From Flavobacterium sp. (GTDB taxonomy: Bacteria; Bacteroidota; Bacteroidia; Flavobacteriales; Flavobacteriaceae), in the NCBI GenBank assembly GCA_038136095.1, contig JAYPZA010000002.1:41159-105158 (forward strand): a DNA stretch of 64,000 nucleotides, in the 5' to 3' direction. A model generated the notes under the pieces. It saw nothing but the letters and a program-made list of their open reading frames with translations, ran no database searches and was not told where the DNA came from. Of the stretch, positions 28,157 to 37,704 are shown one piece after another; positions within the stretch are counted from its first letter, which is position 1, and each line of letters begins with the position of its first letter. The position numbers and the translations under genes were made by a program.

Positions 28157-29662
28157 ATGATCCATAAAAAAATTCTCTTCATTGCTTTTTTTACATCAGT
28201 TTGTTTGAATGCTCAAAAAAACTGGGATCAACAGATTGATGCTAAATTTTTTGAGGTTCTTAATACCCATAGGGAATTCGTTAGTATTCCTAACATTCCA
28301 ATGGATGTTCAAGATATGTTTTCTAACATTTCTTGGGTTAAAAATCATTATGAGAAAGTAGGTTTTCAACTCAAAACATTAGAATCCTCAACACTTCCAG
28401 TACTCTTTGCCGAAAAATTTATCAGTCCCGAACTCAAAACAATTTTGTTTTATTTTCATTTAGATGGTCAAGCTGTTGATCCAGCCAGTTGGGATCAAAA
28501 AGATCCATTTTTGCCTGTTTTGAAAAAACAAGAATTGTCTGGAAATTGGGAAGAAATCCCTTGGTCTGAACTTGAGAAGAATATGGATGATGATATGCGA
28601 ATTTATGGTAGATCTGCAGCAGACGATAAAGGTCCAATTTTAATGTTTTTATCAGCAATGGAATTGTTGGAAAAGCAACAAATAAAGCCATCCTTTAATA
28701 TCAAAATTATTTTTGATTTAGAGGAAGAGTATGGCTCTAATGGATTTTTATCAACTCTAAAAAAATACAAAAGCAAGTACCAATCTGACTATATGATTAT
28801 CATGGATGGACCAGCACATAGTTCCAACCAACCCACATTGACCTTTGGATGTAGAGGGATTGCAAGTTGTAGTATTACAACCTATGGGTCTAAATTGCCT
28901 CAGCACAGCGGTCATTATGGGAATTATGTTGCCAATCCAGTATTTGGACTTTCAAGATTATTGAGTTCAATGAAGTCAGAGGATGGAAAAGTTCTTATTG
29001 AGGATTATTACAAAGGAATTTCGATCGAAAATGAGGTGTTAGATATCTTAAAGTCTGTTCCAGAAAATAAAAAAGAAATCAATGATGCTTTGGGTATTTA
29101 TAAAGAAGAAAAAGTTGGTAACAGTTATCAAGAATCACTCCAATATCCTACGTTAAATGTTCGACAAATTGGAACCTCCTGGAAAGGTCAAGAATTAAAA
29201 ACGATCATCCCAGAATATGCAACGGCACATATTGATGTTCGATTGGTTAGCGAAACAGATGGTAAATTCCAATTGGAAAAAATAAAAAAACATATTCAAA
29301 AACAAGGATATTTGGTGTTGGATAGAGAACCAACAGATCTAGAAAGATTGTCAAATAAAAACATTGTAACCTTTAAAGGGGATTCAGGAGTCAATGCTTT
29401 TAGAACCCCTTTGAATGATCCTTTTGGATTGAAATTAAGAAATTCTTTGACAAATTTTTTTGGAAGAGAACCCGTAAGCATTAGAACAATGGGAGGTACG
29501 GTCCCAATCATTCCAGCAATCAATGAATTGGACATACCCGCGATTATCGTTCCAATGGTAAACATGGATAACAACCAGCACAATCCAAATGAAAACATCC
29601 GAATTGGAAATATCAGACAAGGAATAAAAATTTGTCTTGCATTGCTAACGACTGATTTTTAA
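28157..29662 (+). CDS. Exported M20-family metallopeptidase (dipeptidase-like)
   Basis: Signal peptide ...SVCLNA|Q. Motifs: YGRSAADDKGPILM, DLEEEYGS. Confidence 0.72.
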   Translation: MIHKKILFIAFFTSVCLNAQKNWDQQIDAKFFEVLNTHREFVSIPNIPMDVQDMFSNISWVKNHYEKVGFQLKTLESSTLPVLFAEKFISPELKTILFYFHLDGQAVDPASWDQKDPFLPVLKKQELSGNWEEIPWSELEKNMDDDMRIYGRSAADDKGPILMFLSAMELLEKQQIKPSFNIKIIFDLEEEYGSNGFLSTLKKYKSKYQSDYMIIMDGPAHSSNQPTLTFGCRGIASCSITTYGSKLPQHSGHYGNYVANPVFGLSRLLSSMKSEDGKVLIEDYYKGISIENEVLDILKSVPENKKEINDALGIYKEEKVGNSYQESLQYPTLNVRQIGTSWKGQELKTIIPEYATAHIDVRLVSETDGKFQLEKIKKHIQKQGYLVLDREPTDLERLSNKNIVTFKGDSGVNAFRTPLNDPFGLKLRNSLTNFFGREPVSIRTMGGTVPIIPAINELDIPAIIVPMVNMDNNQHNPNENIRIGNIRQGIKICLALLTTDF

Positions 29663-29762
29663 TCTGTAATGATTAAATTGTAGGTCGAAACTTAATTGAA
29701 GTGAGTTGACGAAAATAGAGACCTATTAATTGAATGACTAGAATTTTTGGAATAAAAATATC

Positions 29763-31226
29763 ATGAACATAAAAAACTACATCAATGGTGAATTTTCTTC
29801 TCCGATGTTGGATCATTGGATAGACAATTACAATCCATCCAATGGACAAATTTATGGACAGATTCCAAATTCAAGTAACGAAGATGTTGAGAAGGCATAT
29901 GTTGCTGCCAAAAATGCTTTTCCAGGTTGGTCGAATACAAGTTTGGAAAAAAAATCTAAGATTCTCTCTAACATTGCTCAGTTAATTATTGAAAAATTGC
30001 CAGAATTGGCAATGGCTGAGGCAAAAGATAATGGAAAGCCTTACCAATTAGCCAAAAAGATTGACATTCCAAGAGCGGCAGCTAATTTTCAATTTTTTGC
30101 CAATGCAATTACACAATTTTCTTCTGAATCACATGAAACTACGGGATTGAATGCTCTTAACTTTACCCTGCGTCAACCTATCGGTGTTGTTGGATGTATT
30201 TCTCCCTGGAATTTACCTCTGTATTTATTTACTTGGAAAATAGCACCTGCAATTGCTTCAGGAAATTGTGTGATAGCAAAACCCAGTGAAGTAACTCCAA
30301 TGACAGCTTACTTGTTGGGTGAAATTTGTACTGAAGCAGGACTTCCAAAAGGGGTGTTAAACATTGTTCATGGCTTGGGATCAACTGCAGGTCAAGCAAT
30401 AGCAGAACATCCAAAAATCAAAGCAATTTCTTTTACCGGAGGTACTAAAACAGGAGCCCATATTGCAAGCATTACAGCTCCAATGTTTAAGAAGTTATCT
30501 CTTGAATTGGGAGGAAAAAACCCAAATATTATTTTTGCAGATTGTGATTATCAAACGATGTTAGATACCACAGTTCAATCATCATTTGCCAATCAAGGCC
30601 AGATTTGTCTATGTGGAAGTAGAATTTTTGTTGAAGAATCAATCTACAACAAGTTTAAGAAAGATTTTATCAGTGCTGTGTCTAAATTAAAAGTAGGCAA
30701 TCCTTTTGATGACAATACTGATATTGGTGCTTTAGTCTCAAAATCTCATCTTGAGAAAGTAATGTCTTATATAGATAACACTACTAAATACGGTGGCAAA
30801 ATAGTACATGGTGGTAACAGAGTAAAAGTTCATACATTAGAGGAAGGGTACTATTTAGAACCAACGATTATTGAAGTAAATGACAATCAATGCAAGCTCA
30901 ATCAAGAAGAGATTTTTGGTCCAATTGTAACGATCATGTCATTTAAAACAGAATCTGAGGTTGTAGAAATGGCAAATGATGTATCTTATGGATTATCTGC
31001 TACTTTATGGACGCAAGATTTGAATAAAACGATGAGAATTTCTAAAAAAGTGCAAGCTGGAATGATTTGGGTAAACACTTGGTTGCTAAGAGATTTAAGA
31101 ACACCTTTTGGAGGCACTAAAAACTCAGGAGTTGGTAGAGAAGGTGGTCTTGAAAGCTTACGCTTTTTTACTGAACCAAAAAATATATGTATAAAATATC
31201 AAGATGAATTTAGGATTAACGAATAA
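29763..31226 (+). CDS. NAD-dependent aldehyde dehydrogenase, probable 2-aminomuconate-6-semialdehyde dehydrogenase
   Basis: LELGGKNP, QGQICLCGSR (catalytic Cys), EEIFGP. The substrate is inferred from neighbours. Confidence 0.72.
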   Translation: MNIKNYINGEFSSPMLDHWIDNYNPSNGQIYGQIPNSSNEDVEKAYVAAKNAFPGWSNTSLEKKSKILSNIAQLIIEKLPELAMAEAKDNGKPYQLAKKIDIPRAAANFQFFANAITQFSSESHETTGLNALNFTLRQPIGVVGCISPWNLPLYLFTWKIAPAIASGNCVIAKPSEVTPMTAYLLGEICTEAGLPKGVLNIVHGLGSTAGQAIAEHPKIKAISFTGGTKTGAHIASITAPMFKKLSLELGGKNPNIIFADCDYQTMLDTTVQSSFANQGQICLCGSRIFVEESIYNKFKKDFISAVSKLKVGNPFDDNTDIGALVSKSHLEKVMSYIDNTTKYGGKIVHGGNRVKVHTLEEGYYLEPTIIEVNDNQCKLNQEEIFGPIVTIMSFKTESEVVEMANDVSYGLSATLWTQDLNKTMRISKKVQAGMIWVNTWLLRDLRTPFGGTKNSGVGREGGLESLRFFTEPKNICIKYQDEFRINE

Positions 31227-31980
31227 AAACGCACTTGTTTGTGGAAGTACCCAAGGTATTGGGAAAGCTACCGCTATTGATCTGGCAAATGAGGGAGCAA
31301 ACATTACTTTACTTGCTAGAAATGAAGATCGATTGAAAGAAGTTTTAGGGGTGCTCCCACAAAATGGGAATCAAACACACACTTATTTAGTCGCAGATTT
31401 TTCTGATTCAAATCAAGTAAAAAAGATCATTTCGAAACACAACAATTATCACATTTTAATCAATAATACAGGTGGGCCGAAAAGTGGTTCTATTTATAAG
31501 GCCAGCTCTACAGAGTTTCTAGAGGCATTTCAAATGCATCTGATAACCAATCAGTTGCTGGTACAGGCAGTTGTTCCATATATGAAATCAGAAAATTTTG
31601 GAAGAATTATCAATATTATATCTACCTCTGTGAAAGAACCGATTCCTGGATTGGGGGTCAGTAATACCATAAGAAATGCTGTGGCTAATTGGGCCAAAAC
31701 AATGGCTGGAGAATTGGCAGAATTTGGCATTACCATCAACAATGTTTTACCCGGGTTTACCGAGACAGCTCGTTTGGATCAGATTATAAAAATTAAAGCA
31801 ACTCAAGGAGGTACATCAGAGGAAGCAATGGCACAAATTATGAAAAACTATGTTCCAGCCAAAAGATTTGCAAAACCTGAGGAAACGGCTCATGCAGTTA
31901 CATTTTTAGCCAGTACTGCAGCAAGCTATATTACAGGAATCAATTTACCTGTTGATGGAGGGAGAACAAAATCGTTGTAA
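31204..31980 (+). CDS. SDR-family oxidoreductase of unknown substrate, embedded in the kynurenine cluster
   Basis: CGSTQGIGKATA, NNTGG, classic SDR length. Overlaps the preceding ALDH gene by 23 nt. Confidence 0.8.
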   Translation: MNLGLTNKNALVCGSTQGIGKATAIDLANEGANITLLARNEDRLKEVLGVLPQNGNQTHTYLVADFSDSNQVKKIISKHNNYHILINNTGGPKSGSIYKASSTEFLEAFQMHLITNQLLVQAVVPYMKSENFGRIINIISTSVKEPIPGLGVSNTIRNAVANWAKTMAGELAEFGITINNVLPGFTETARLDQIIKIKATQGGTSEEAMAQIMKNYVPAKRFAKPEETAHAVTFLASTAASYITGINLPVDGGRTKSL

Positions 31981-32004
31981 CTTTAACAAGCAAAAACCAA
32001 AATT

Positions 32005-32544
32005 ATGAGTCAATTAGTACAACCTATAAACTTTAAAAAGTGGATCGACGAACATCGTCATTTATTAAAACCACCTGTGGGAAATAAATGTGTTTGGGAT
32101 GGTGGAGAATATATTGTAATGGTCGTGGGAGGTCCTAACAGCAGAAAAGATTATCACTACAACGAAACTCCTGAATTCTTTTATCAGGTGGAAGGTGACA
32201 TGGTGCTAAAAATCATCAATGACAAAGGCGAAAAAATTGATGTTGAGATCAAGGAAGGAGATATTTATTTGTTACCAGCCAAAGTACCGCATTCCCCTCA
32301 GCGTAAGGCAAATACGGTAGGATTAGTTATCGAATATCCTAGACCGAAAGGAGTCAAAGACGCACTCGAATGGTATTCTGAAGAATCTGGAAACTTATTA
32401 TACAGAGAAGAGTTTGAATTGAAGAATATTGAAACGGATATGCCTGCTATCTTTGATAGATTCTACTCAGATGTAGACAAAAGAACCTGCTCCGAGACTG
32501 GTGCAGTAATGCAGCCACCCGCTGGATGGTCACCAAAGCACTAA
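32005..32544 (+). CDS. nbaC: 3-Hydroxyanthranilate 3,4-dioxygenase (cupin)
   Basis: DYHYNETPEFFYQVEGDMVLK and LLPAKVPHSPQR. Confidence 0.85.
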   Translation: MSQLVQPINFKKWIDEHRHLLKPPVGNKCVWDGGEYIVMVVGGPNSRKDYHYNETPEFFYQVEGDMVLKIINDKGEKIDVEIKEGDIYLLPAKVPHSPQRKANTVGLVIEYPRPKGVKDALEWYSEESGNLLYREEFELKNIETDMPAIFDRFYSDVDKRTCSETGAVMQPPAGWSPKH

Positions 32545-32575
32545 ATAGTTTTTTTAACCAAAAGACTCCATATCA

Positions 32576-33658
32576 ATGAAACGAAAATTAAGAATTAACG
32601 GACACTCACATTTGCTTCCATATCCGGAACAAATTCCTGATTTTTTGAAAGAAAAAGAGATTTTTTGGGTTGATGATGAGCGCAAGCACATGCTTCAAAA
32701 AGGTTGGAAAAGACCAGTGACAGATTCTAGTTTTTTTCTAGACGAAAAATTAGTGTGGATGGAGAAAAATAAATTGGATCATGCAGTGGTTTTAAATCTT
32801 TCTCAGTTGTATGGAAATGGATTGCGTTTGGAAGATATGAAAAAAGCACTTCGTTTTCAGAATGATTTCAATGCAAAAATACAACATCAACATTCCTCTA
32901 AATTTACTTGTGGTTTTGTCATTCATCCTGGTTTTATTCATGGGGCACTATGGGAAATAGAGCGTTGTGTTGAAGATTTAGGATTGAGAGTATTGTGCTT
33001 ACCAACTCATTTTATGGATTCAATTGGACAGTGGCGTTGTGTTTTTGATAAAGAAAACGATGCAATATTTGAGTTGGCAGATAAGTATCGCTTAGCCATA
33101 GAAATTCATCCTTATGATGGCGATAAAATCATCAAACTAGAAAATACGTCATGGCGTTTTCATTTGATTTGGATGCTAGCTCAATGTGGAGATGCTTACC
33201 ACTTCTATACCTTGAATGGAATGCAGGAACGTTTTCCTAACATAAGGACCTGTTTTGCTCATGGAGGACAACTAGCACAAATGAATTTAGGAAGAAGAAT
33301 TCAAGGATTTGATGGAAGGCCCGATTTATTTGTAGGGAAGACTCATCCTAGGAAAGCTGTGGGTCACCCAAATATATTTTTTGATACTTTGGTTCATGAT
33401 ACGGACTCTTTAAAATTAATGATAGATCGTCAAGGGTCTGACCAAGTAATTATGGGTCTTGATGATCCCTATCCTTTGGGCGAAATGGAAAGTGATGCTC
33501 AATCATCTTATCCTGGTAAATTATTGGATTTAGCCAAAGACAGAAACATCATTAATCAGCAACAATATGAAGAAATATGGGAAGACAATGTATTGAGATG
33601 GTTGTTTGGTGATGATAAAAAAGCCACACAAGACTTGATTGATAAAATTTTAATATAA
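32576..33658 (+). CDS. Amidohydrolase_2 family, probable 2-amino-3-carboxymuconate-6-semialdehyde decarboxylase (ACMSD)
   Basis: N-terminal metal motif INGHSHLLP, later HPYDG, FAHGG, GLDDPYP. Context lies next to nbaC. Confidence 0.72.
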   Translation: MKRKLRINGHSHLLPYPEQIPDFLKEKEIFWVDDERKHMLQKGWKRPVTDSSFFLDEKLVWMEKNKLDHAVVLNLSQLYGNGLRLEDMKKALRFQNDFNAKIQHQHSSKFTCGFVIHPGFIHGALWEIERCVEDLGLRVLCLPTHFMDSIGQWRCVFDKENDAIFELADKYRLAIEIHPYDGDKIIKLENTSWRFHLIWMLAQCGDAYHFYTLNGMQERFPNIRTCFAHGGQLAQMNLGRRIQGFDGRPDLFVGKTHPRKAVGHPNIFFDTLVHDTDSLKLMIDRQGSDQVIMGLDDPYPLGEMESDAQSSYPGKLLDLAKDRNIINQQQYEEIWEDNVLRWLFGDDKKATQDLIDKILI

Positions 33659-33709
33659 AATCAATCCATCAGACAGTTTTCATTCAATAATTTTTAAATA
33701 AATTTTGAT

Positions 33710-34135
33710 TTATTCAATCGATGTTTTGATGACCATATCTCCATTGAAATTAAATTTAACCTTGTCAAATTTTGGAGGGCCAAAACGTCCTTTCTCTCCA
33801 TTAGAAAATTGATACGGTTCTTTGGGGGCTCCAAAAAAATTGGTATCTAATTTTTTGTTTTCATTAAGATCATGAAATAAAGAGAAAGCATAGGTGTCTT
33901 TTTTAAGATTTTTAAAAGTTACAATGGTGCTCCCTGTCTTTACTTTAACATCTGCATCTCTATATGAGTTTTTCATATAATTTTCCTCAGAATTATAGAG
34001 CGCTATAAGAATACTTCCATTTTCATACTTGGTAGTTGAAATTTCAATAGTAAGGCTATTGTGTTCATCTTTCTGATTCAAAAATAGGATTGAAAAACTA
34101 AGTAGTAATAAATAATAAGGAAATACTATTTTCAT
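33710..34135 (-). CDS. DUF2141-type exported protein
   Basis: Signal peptide MKIVFPYYLLLLSFSILFLN|Q. Motifs: GSILIALYNSEENY, FHDLNENKKLDTNFFGAPKEPYQFSNG. A -7 box at 34147-34154 supports the ATG at 34135. Confidence 0.58.
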   Translation of the reverse strand: MKIVFPYYLLLLSFSILFLNQKDEHNSLTIEISTTKYENGSILIALYNSEENYMKNSYRDADVKVKTGSTIVTFKNLKKDTYAFSLFHDLNENKKLDTNFFGAPKEPYQFSNGEKGRFGPPKFDKVKFNFNGDMVIKTSIE

Positions 34136-34146
34136 TTCGTATTTGT

Positions 34147-34154
34147 CAAATTTA
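34147..34154 (-). promoter_or_regulatory. -7 box TAAATTTG, candidate DUF2141-gene promoter
   Basis: The plus strand reads CAAATTTA. It is 12 nt upstream of the ATG at 34135. Confidence 0.35.
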
Positions 34155-34228
34155 ACAATTGAGTGATTTTGTAAATTTTCTAACAATATATAATTAATAA
34201 ACAAGATAGTCTAAGAATCAACCATAAA

Positions 34229-34258
34229 AAAACGCAACCAAATTAATGATTGCGTTTT
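34229..34258 (-). terminator. Candidate dnaK terminator
   Basis: Stem AAAACGCA / TGCGTTTT (8 bp) with a 14-nt loop. It lies 24 nt past the dnaK stop. Confidence 0.45.
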
Positions 34259-34281
34259 ACTCTTATTTGAATTTCGGGAAG

Positions 34282-36189
34282 TTACTTAACTTCTTCAAAA
34301 TCAACATCTTCAACATTGTCTCCCTCAGCATTCGATCCTGCCTCTGGTTGACCTTGTTCTGGAGCAGCACCTCCAGCTTGTGCTTCTTGTTGTGCTTTAT
34401 ACATCTCTTCAGATGCAGCTTTCCAAGCTTCATTTATCTTTTCCATTGCAGCATCGATTTGAGCAATTTCTTTGGATTCATGAGCTTTCTTCAATTCTTC
34501 TAAAGCAGCTTCAATTGGTCCTTTTTTATCATCAGATAATTTATCCCCGAATTCTTTTAACTGTTTTTCAGTTTGGAAAATCATACCATCGGCAGCATTG
34601 ATTTTGTCAGCTGTTTCTCTGGCATTTTTATCTGCATCTGCATTTGCTTCTGCATCTTGTTTCATTTTCTCAATTTCTTCTTCAGATAAACCAGAGGAAG
34701 CTTCAATTCGAATTTCATGAGATTTATTGGTTCCTTTGTCTAAAGCAGAAACTTTGATGATTCCGTTTGCATCAATGTCAAAAGTTACTTCAATTTGAGG
34801 GATTCCTCTTCCTGCTGGTGGAATTCCATCTAAATGGAAGCGACCAATGGTGTTATTGTCCGCAGCCATTGCACGTTCTCCTTGAAGTACATGAATTTCT
34901 ACAGAAGGTTGATTGTCAACAGCAGTAGAAAAAACCTGAGATTTCTTGGTTGGAATGGTTGTATTTGCCTCAATTAATTTTGTAAATACATTCCCCATAG
35001 TTTCAATTCCTAATGAAAGAGGGGTTACATCTAATAATAAGACATCCTTAACGTCTCCAGTTAATACACCTCCTTGGATCGCTGCTCCTAAAGAAACAAC
35101 TTCATCAGGATTTACACCTTTACTTGGAGCTTTTCCGAAAAACTTCTCCACAGCTTCCTGAATTGCAGGAATTCTAGTGGAACCTCCTACCAAAATGATC
35201 TCATCAATATCAGATGTAGATAGGTCAGCAGCTTTTAGAGCTTTTTTACAAGGCTCAATGGTTCTTTTTACTAAATCATCAATCAATTGCTCAAACTTTG
35301 CTCTTGATAATGTTCTTACCAAGTGTTTTGGACCACTTGCAGTGGCAGTTACATAAGGCAAATTGATTTCTGTAGAAGAAGTACTTGATAATTCAATTTT
35401 TGCTTTTTCAGCAGCTTCTTTCAAACGCTGTAATGCCATCGGATCTTTTCTCAAATCCATGCTTTCTTCTGCTTGAAATTCTTCTGCCAACCAATTGATA
35501 ATTTTTTCATCGACATCATCACCACCTAAGTGAGTATCTCCGTCTGTGGATAAAACTTCAAAAACACCATCTCCCAACTCTAGAATAGATACATCATGTG
35601 TTCCTCCACCAAAATCAAAAACAACGATTTTTTTATCATCACTAGCTTTATCTAGTCCGTAGGCTAATGCCGCGGCAGTAGGCTCATTTATAATTCTACT
35701 TACTTTTAACCCTGCAATTTCTCCAGCTTCTTTAGTAGCTTGCCTTTGAGCATCATTAAAATATGCTGGAACGGTTACTACAGCTTCTGAAACATCTTGT
35801 CCTAAGTAATCTTCTGCAGTTTTTTTCATTTTTTGCAACACCATCGCAGAAATTTCTTGAGGAGTGTACAAACGTCCATCAATATCAACACGAGGGGTGT
35901 TATTGTCTCCCTTTACAACCTTATAAGGAACTCTTGAGGCCTCTTTTTCAGACTCAGAAAATTTATTCCCCATAAATCGTTTGATTGAATAAATTGTTTT
36001 TGTTGGATTTGTTACAGCTTGACGTTTTGCAGGATCCCCTACTTTACGTTCTCCACCCTCAACAAAGGCAACAATAGAAGGAGTGGTTCTTTTTCCTTCT
36101 GCATTAGGGATTACAACAGGCTCGTTTCCTTCCATGACGGAAACACATGAGTTTGTTGTTCCTAAATCGATTCCTATAATTTTACTCAT
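34282..36189 (-). CDS. dnaK: Molecular chaperone DnaK (Hsp70)
   Basis: [34 protein letters not shown]. 635 aa. Confidence 0.97.
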   Translation of the reverse strand: MSKIIGIDLGTTNSCVSVMEGNEPVVIPNAEGKRTTPSIVAFVEGGERKVGDPAKRQAVTNPTKTIYSIKRFMGNKFSESEKEASRVPYKVVKGDNNTPRVDIDGRLYTPQEISAMVLQKMKKTAEDYLGQDVSEAVVTVPAYFNDAQRQATKEAGEIAGLKVSRIINEPTAAALAYGLDKASDDKKIVVFDFGGGTHDVSILELGDGVFEVLSTDGDTHLGGDDVDEKIINWLAEEFQAEESMDLRKDPMALQRLKEAAEKAKIELSSTSSTEINLPYVTATASGPKHLVRTLSRAKFEQLIDDLVKRTIEPCKKALKAADLSTSDIDEIILVGGSTRIPAIQEAVEKFFGKAPSKGVNPDEVVSLGAAIQGGVLTGDVKDVLLLDVTPLSLGIETMGNVFTKLIEANTTIPTKKSQVFSTAVDNQPSVEIHVLQGERAMAADNNTIGRFHLDGIPPAGRGIPQIEVTFDIDANGIIKVSALDKGTNKSHEIRIEASSGLSEEEIEKMKQDAEANADADKNARETADKINAADGMIFQTEKQLKEFGDKLSDDKKGPIEAALEELKKAHESKEIAQIDAAMEKINEAWKAASEEMYKAQQEAQAGGAAPEQGQPEAGSNAEGDNVEDVDFEEVK

Positions 36190-36383
36190 AATAGTTATTT
36201 ATATTATTTTATTTTTTTCAAATTTTTAAACACAATTACTATAGTCAATTTGTATGCCAACATAATTTTGAATCGAGAATGTCATATTTTTAGCAATTCT
36301 TTGTTCTTTTAGTGACATCTTGACATACTGAGAATCATTGAAAGTGTCGTTTTATCCAAAATATTAGAAAATGTTATTTTAGC

Positions 36384-36391
36384 TATCTTTG
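36384..36391 (+). promoter_or_regulatory. -7 box TATCTTTG, candidate promoter of the DUF2853-like gene
   Basis: Exact TAnnTTTG, 31 nt upstream of the ATG at 36422. It shares the 12-mer TAGCTATCTTTG with the gltA box. Confidence 0.45.
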
Positions 36392-36421
36392 GTTATCGAG
36401 TACTGAATCAATTTAGAGATC

Positions 36422-36769
36422 ATGAATAAGTTTGATGAAAAAATTAATTTTTATAAAGGACAGATGGAAAAAATAGGAATTCCATGTGAAGACGTTTTAC
36501 TAAGTAAAATAACAAAAGGTTTAGGTCCTTCAATTTTTAAAAGAGATGCTGCTTCAGTTTCCACCTCTGATGAAAAGGAGATTCATACGGTAAAACATAA
36601 TTTTTTGATTAAAAAACTTGGCTTAGAGGATGGAGCTTATTTGGACCAAGCCATAAGAATAGTTGCTGATAAGATGGGGAAAACCAACCGAGTTAAGTAC
36701 AGAGCAATTTTTTATTATTTATTGGTGAAAGAATTAAAACAAGAATTTAAATACATCAAAGAGTCTTAA
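36422..36769 (+). CDS. Small conserved protein, DUF2853-like (recollection only)
   Basis: 115 aa and soluble, with an exact -7 box 31 nt upstream. No functional motif recognised. Confidence 0.45.
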   Translation: MNKFDEKINFYKGQMEKIGIPCEDVLLSKITKGLGPSIFKRDAASVSTSDEKEIHTVKHNFLIKKLGLEDGAYLDQAIRIVADKMGKTNRVKYRAIFYYLLVKELKQEFKYIKES

Positions 36770-36806
36770 ACACGATCATCTCTTATTGTAGAAGATGCCA
36801 TATGGG

Positions 36807-36856
36807 CAAAAAAAAACTCTAAAAATAAGAACATTTTTAGAGTTTTAATTTTTTTT
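36807..36856. terminator. Bidirectional terminator between the convergent DUF2853-like gene and proteorhodopsin
   Basis: 12-bp stem AACTCTAAAAAT / ATTTTTAGAGTT with a 6-nt loop, flanked by an A-run and a T-rich run. Confidence 0.7.
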
Positions 36857-36867
36857 AAATCGCGATA

Positions 36868-37578
36868 CTAGTCACTAGATACTGCTAGGTTGTATACAAC
36901 TAATCCAAAACCAATTTTGTTAATTGCATCACCAATGTTATAGATAACATCCATATCCAATCCTCCAATCATTCCTTCGTACCAACCTGGAGTTCCTGCC
37001 ATATATCCTAAAGGATAAATAGCCCATCCTACGAGTACAAACCAACATAACATCTTGTGTGCTGATAAAACTGCTCCACCTGCTTCGTCAGCTAATTTCT
37101 TAGCTCCACCTAACCAGATATCATAAGCAATTACGAAATATGCTGCTCCTGAGAAAAGACCCCAAAGCCATGCATTATCTCTATCTACAGCTTCTCCCCA
37201 ATAACCAGTAACTAACATAATCACTGATAAGAAGATTAATCTCCACATCATTGATTTTTTAGCACCTGCCACTTTTAATATTAAGTAGAATTCTACACAC
37301 ATTAGTGGTACTGTTAAGATCCAGTCTACGTATCGGAAGAAAGTTGGAGATGTTCCAGTTTCTAGGTAGTAGTCTCTCATATACCAATAGTGTACAGCAG
37401 CAATAAATGTAATTAGCCCTGAAACTAATAGCGAAGTTCTCCATTTTTTATCAACGCTATTCATTGACAAAAAGAAGAATACAGATGCAGCCATCATAGC
37501 CATACATCCAATAAAAAATGTAAAAGAAGTGGCTGAAGTAAAGTTTTCGCCACCAGCAATTAAGTTAAAGTAATTCAT
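36868..37578 (-). CDS. Proteorhodopsin, DTE-motif outward proton pump, predicted green-absorbing
   Basis: Seven TM segments. HYWYMR (His75 equivalent). RYVDWILTVPLMCVEFYLIL gives D/T/E with Met three residues before the donor Glu (position-105 equivalent). Schiff-base Lys in DAINKIGFG. Confidence 0.9.
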   Translation of the reverse strand: MNYFNLIAGGENFTSATSFTFFIGCMAMMAASVFFFLSMNSVDKKWRTSLLVSGLITFIAAVHYWYMRDYYLETGTSPTFFRYVDWILTVPLMCVEFYLILKVAGAKKSMMWRLIFLSVIMLVTGYWGEAVDRDNAWLWGLFSGAAYFVIAYDIWLGGAKKLADEAGGAVLSAHKMLCWFVLVGWAIYPLGYMAGTPGWYEGMIGGLDMDVIYNIGDAINKIGFGLVVYNLAVSSD

Positions 37579-37655
37579 GGTAAATTTATTTGTTAGTAAT
37601 TAATTTAGTTTAATTATTTAAACATGTTATTTAAACGAAAATACAAAAAAAATAT

Positions 37656-37663
37656 TAAATTTG
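37656..37663 (+). promoter_or_regulatory. -7 box TAAATTTG, candidate blh promoter
   Basis: Exact TAnnTTTG, 42 nt upstream of the ATG at 37705. Confidence 0.4.
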
Positions 37664-37704
37664 AAAAATACACCCATGCTTTGCGATTAGATTATCAAAA
37701 TTTT

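Noticed and set aside
34246-34601. Plus-strand ORFs (85 aa and 73 aa) overlap the dnaK 3' end.
   Set aside because: They are antisense to the acidic and Ala-rich DnaK C-terminus, with hydrophobic junk translations and no upstream promoter box. I judge them spurious.
36190-36421. A CIRCE (HrcA) operator might be expected upstream of dnaK.
   Set aside because: No TTAGCACTC-N9-GAGTGCTAA-like inverted repeat is present. Only a partial TTAGCAATTC occurs.
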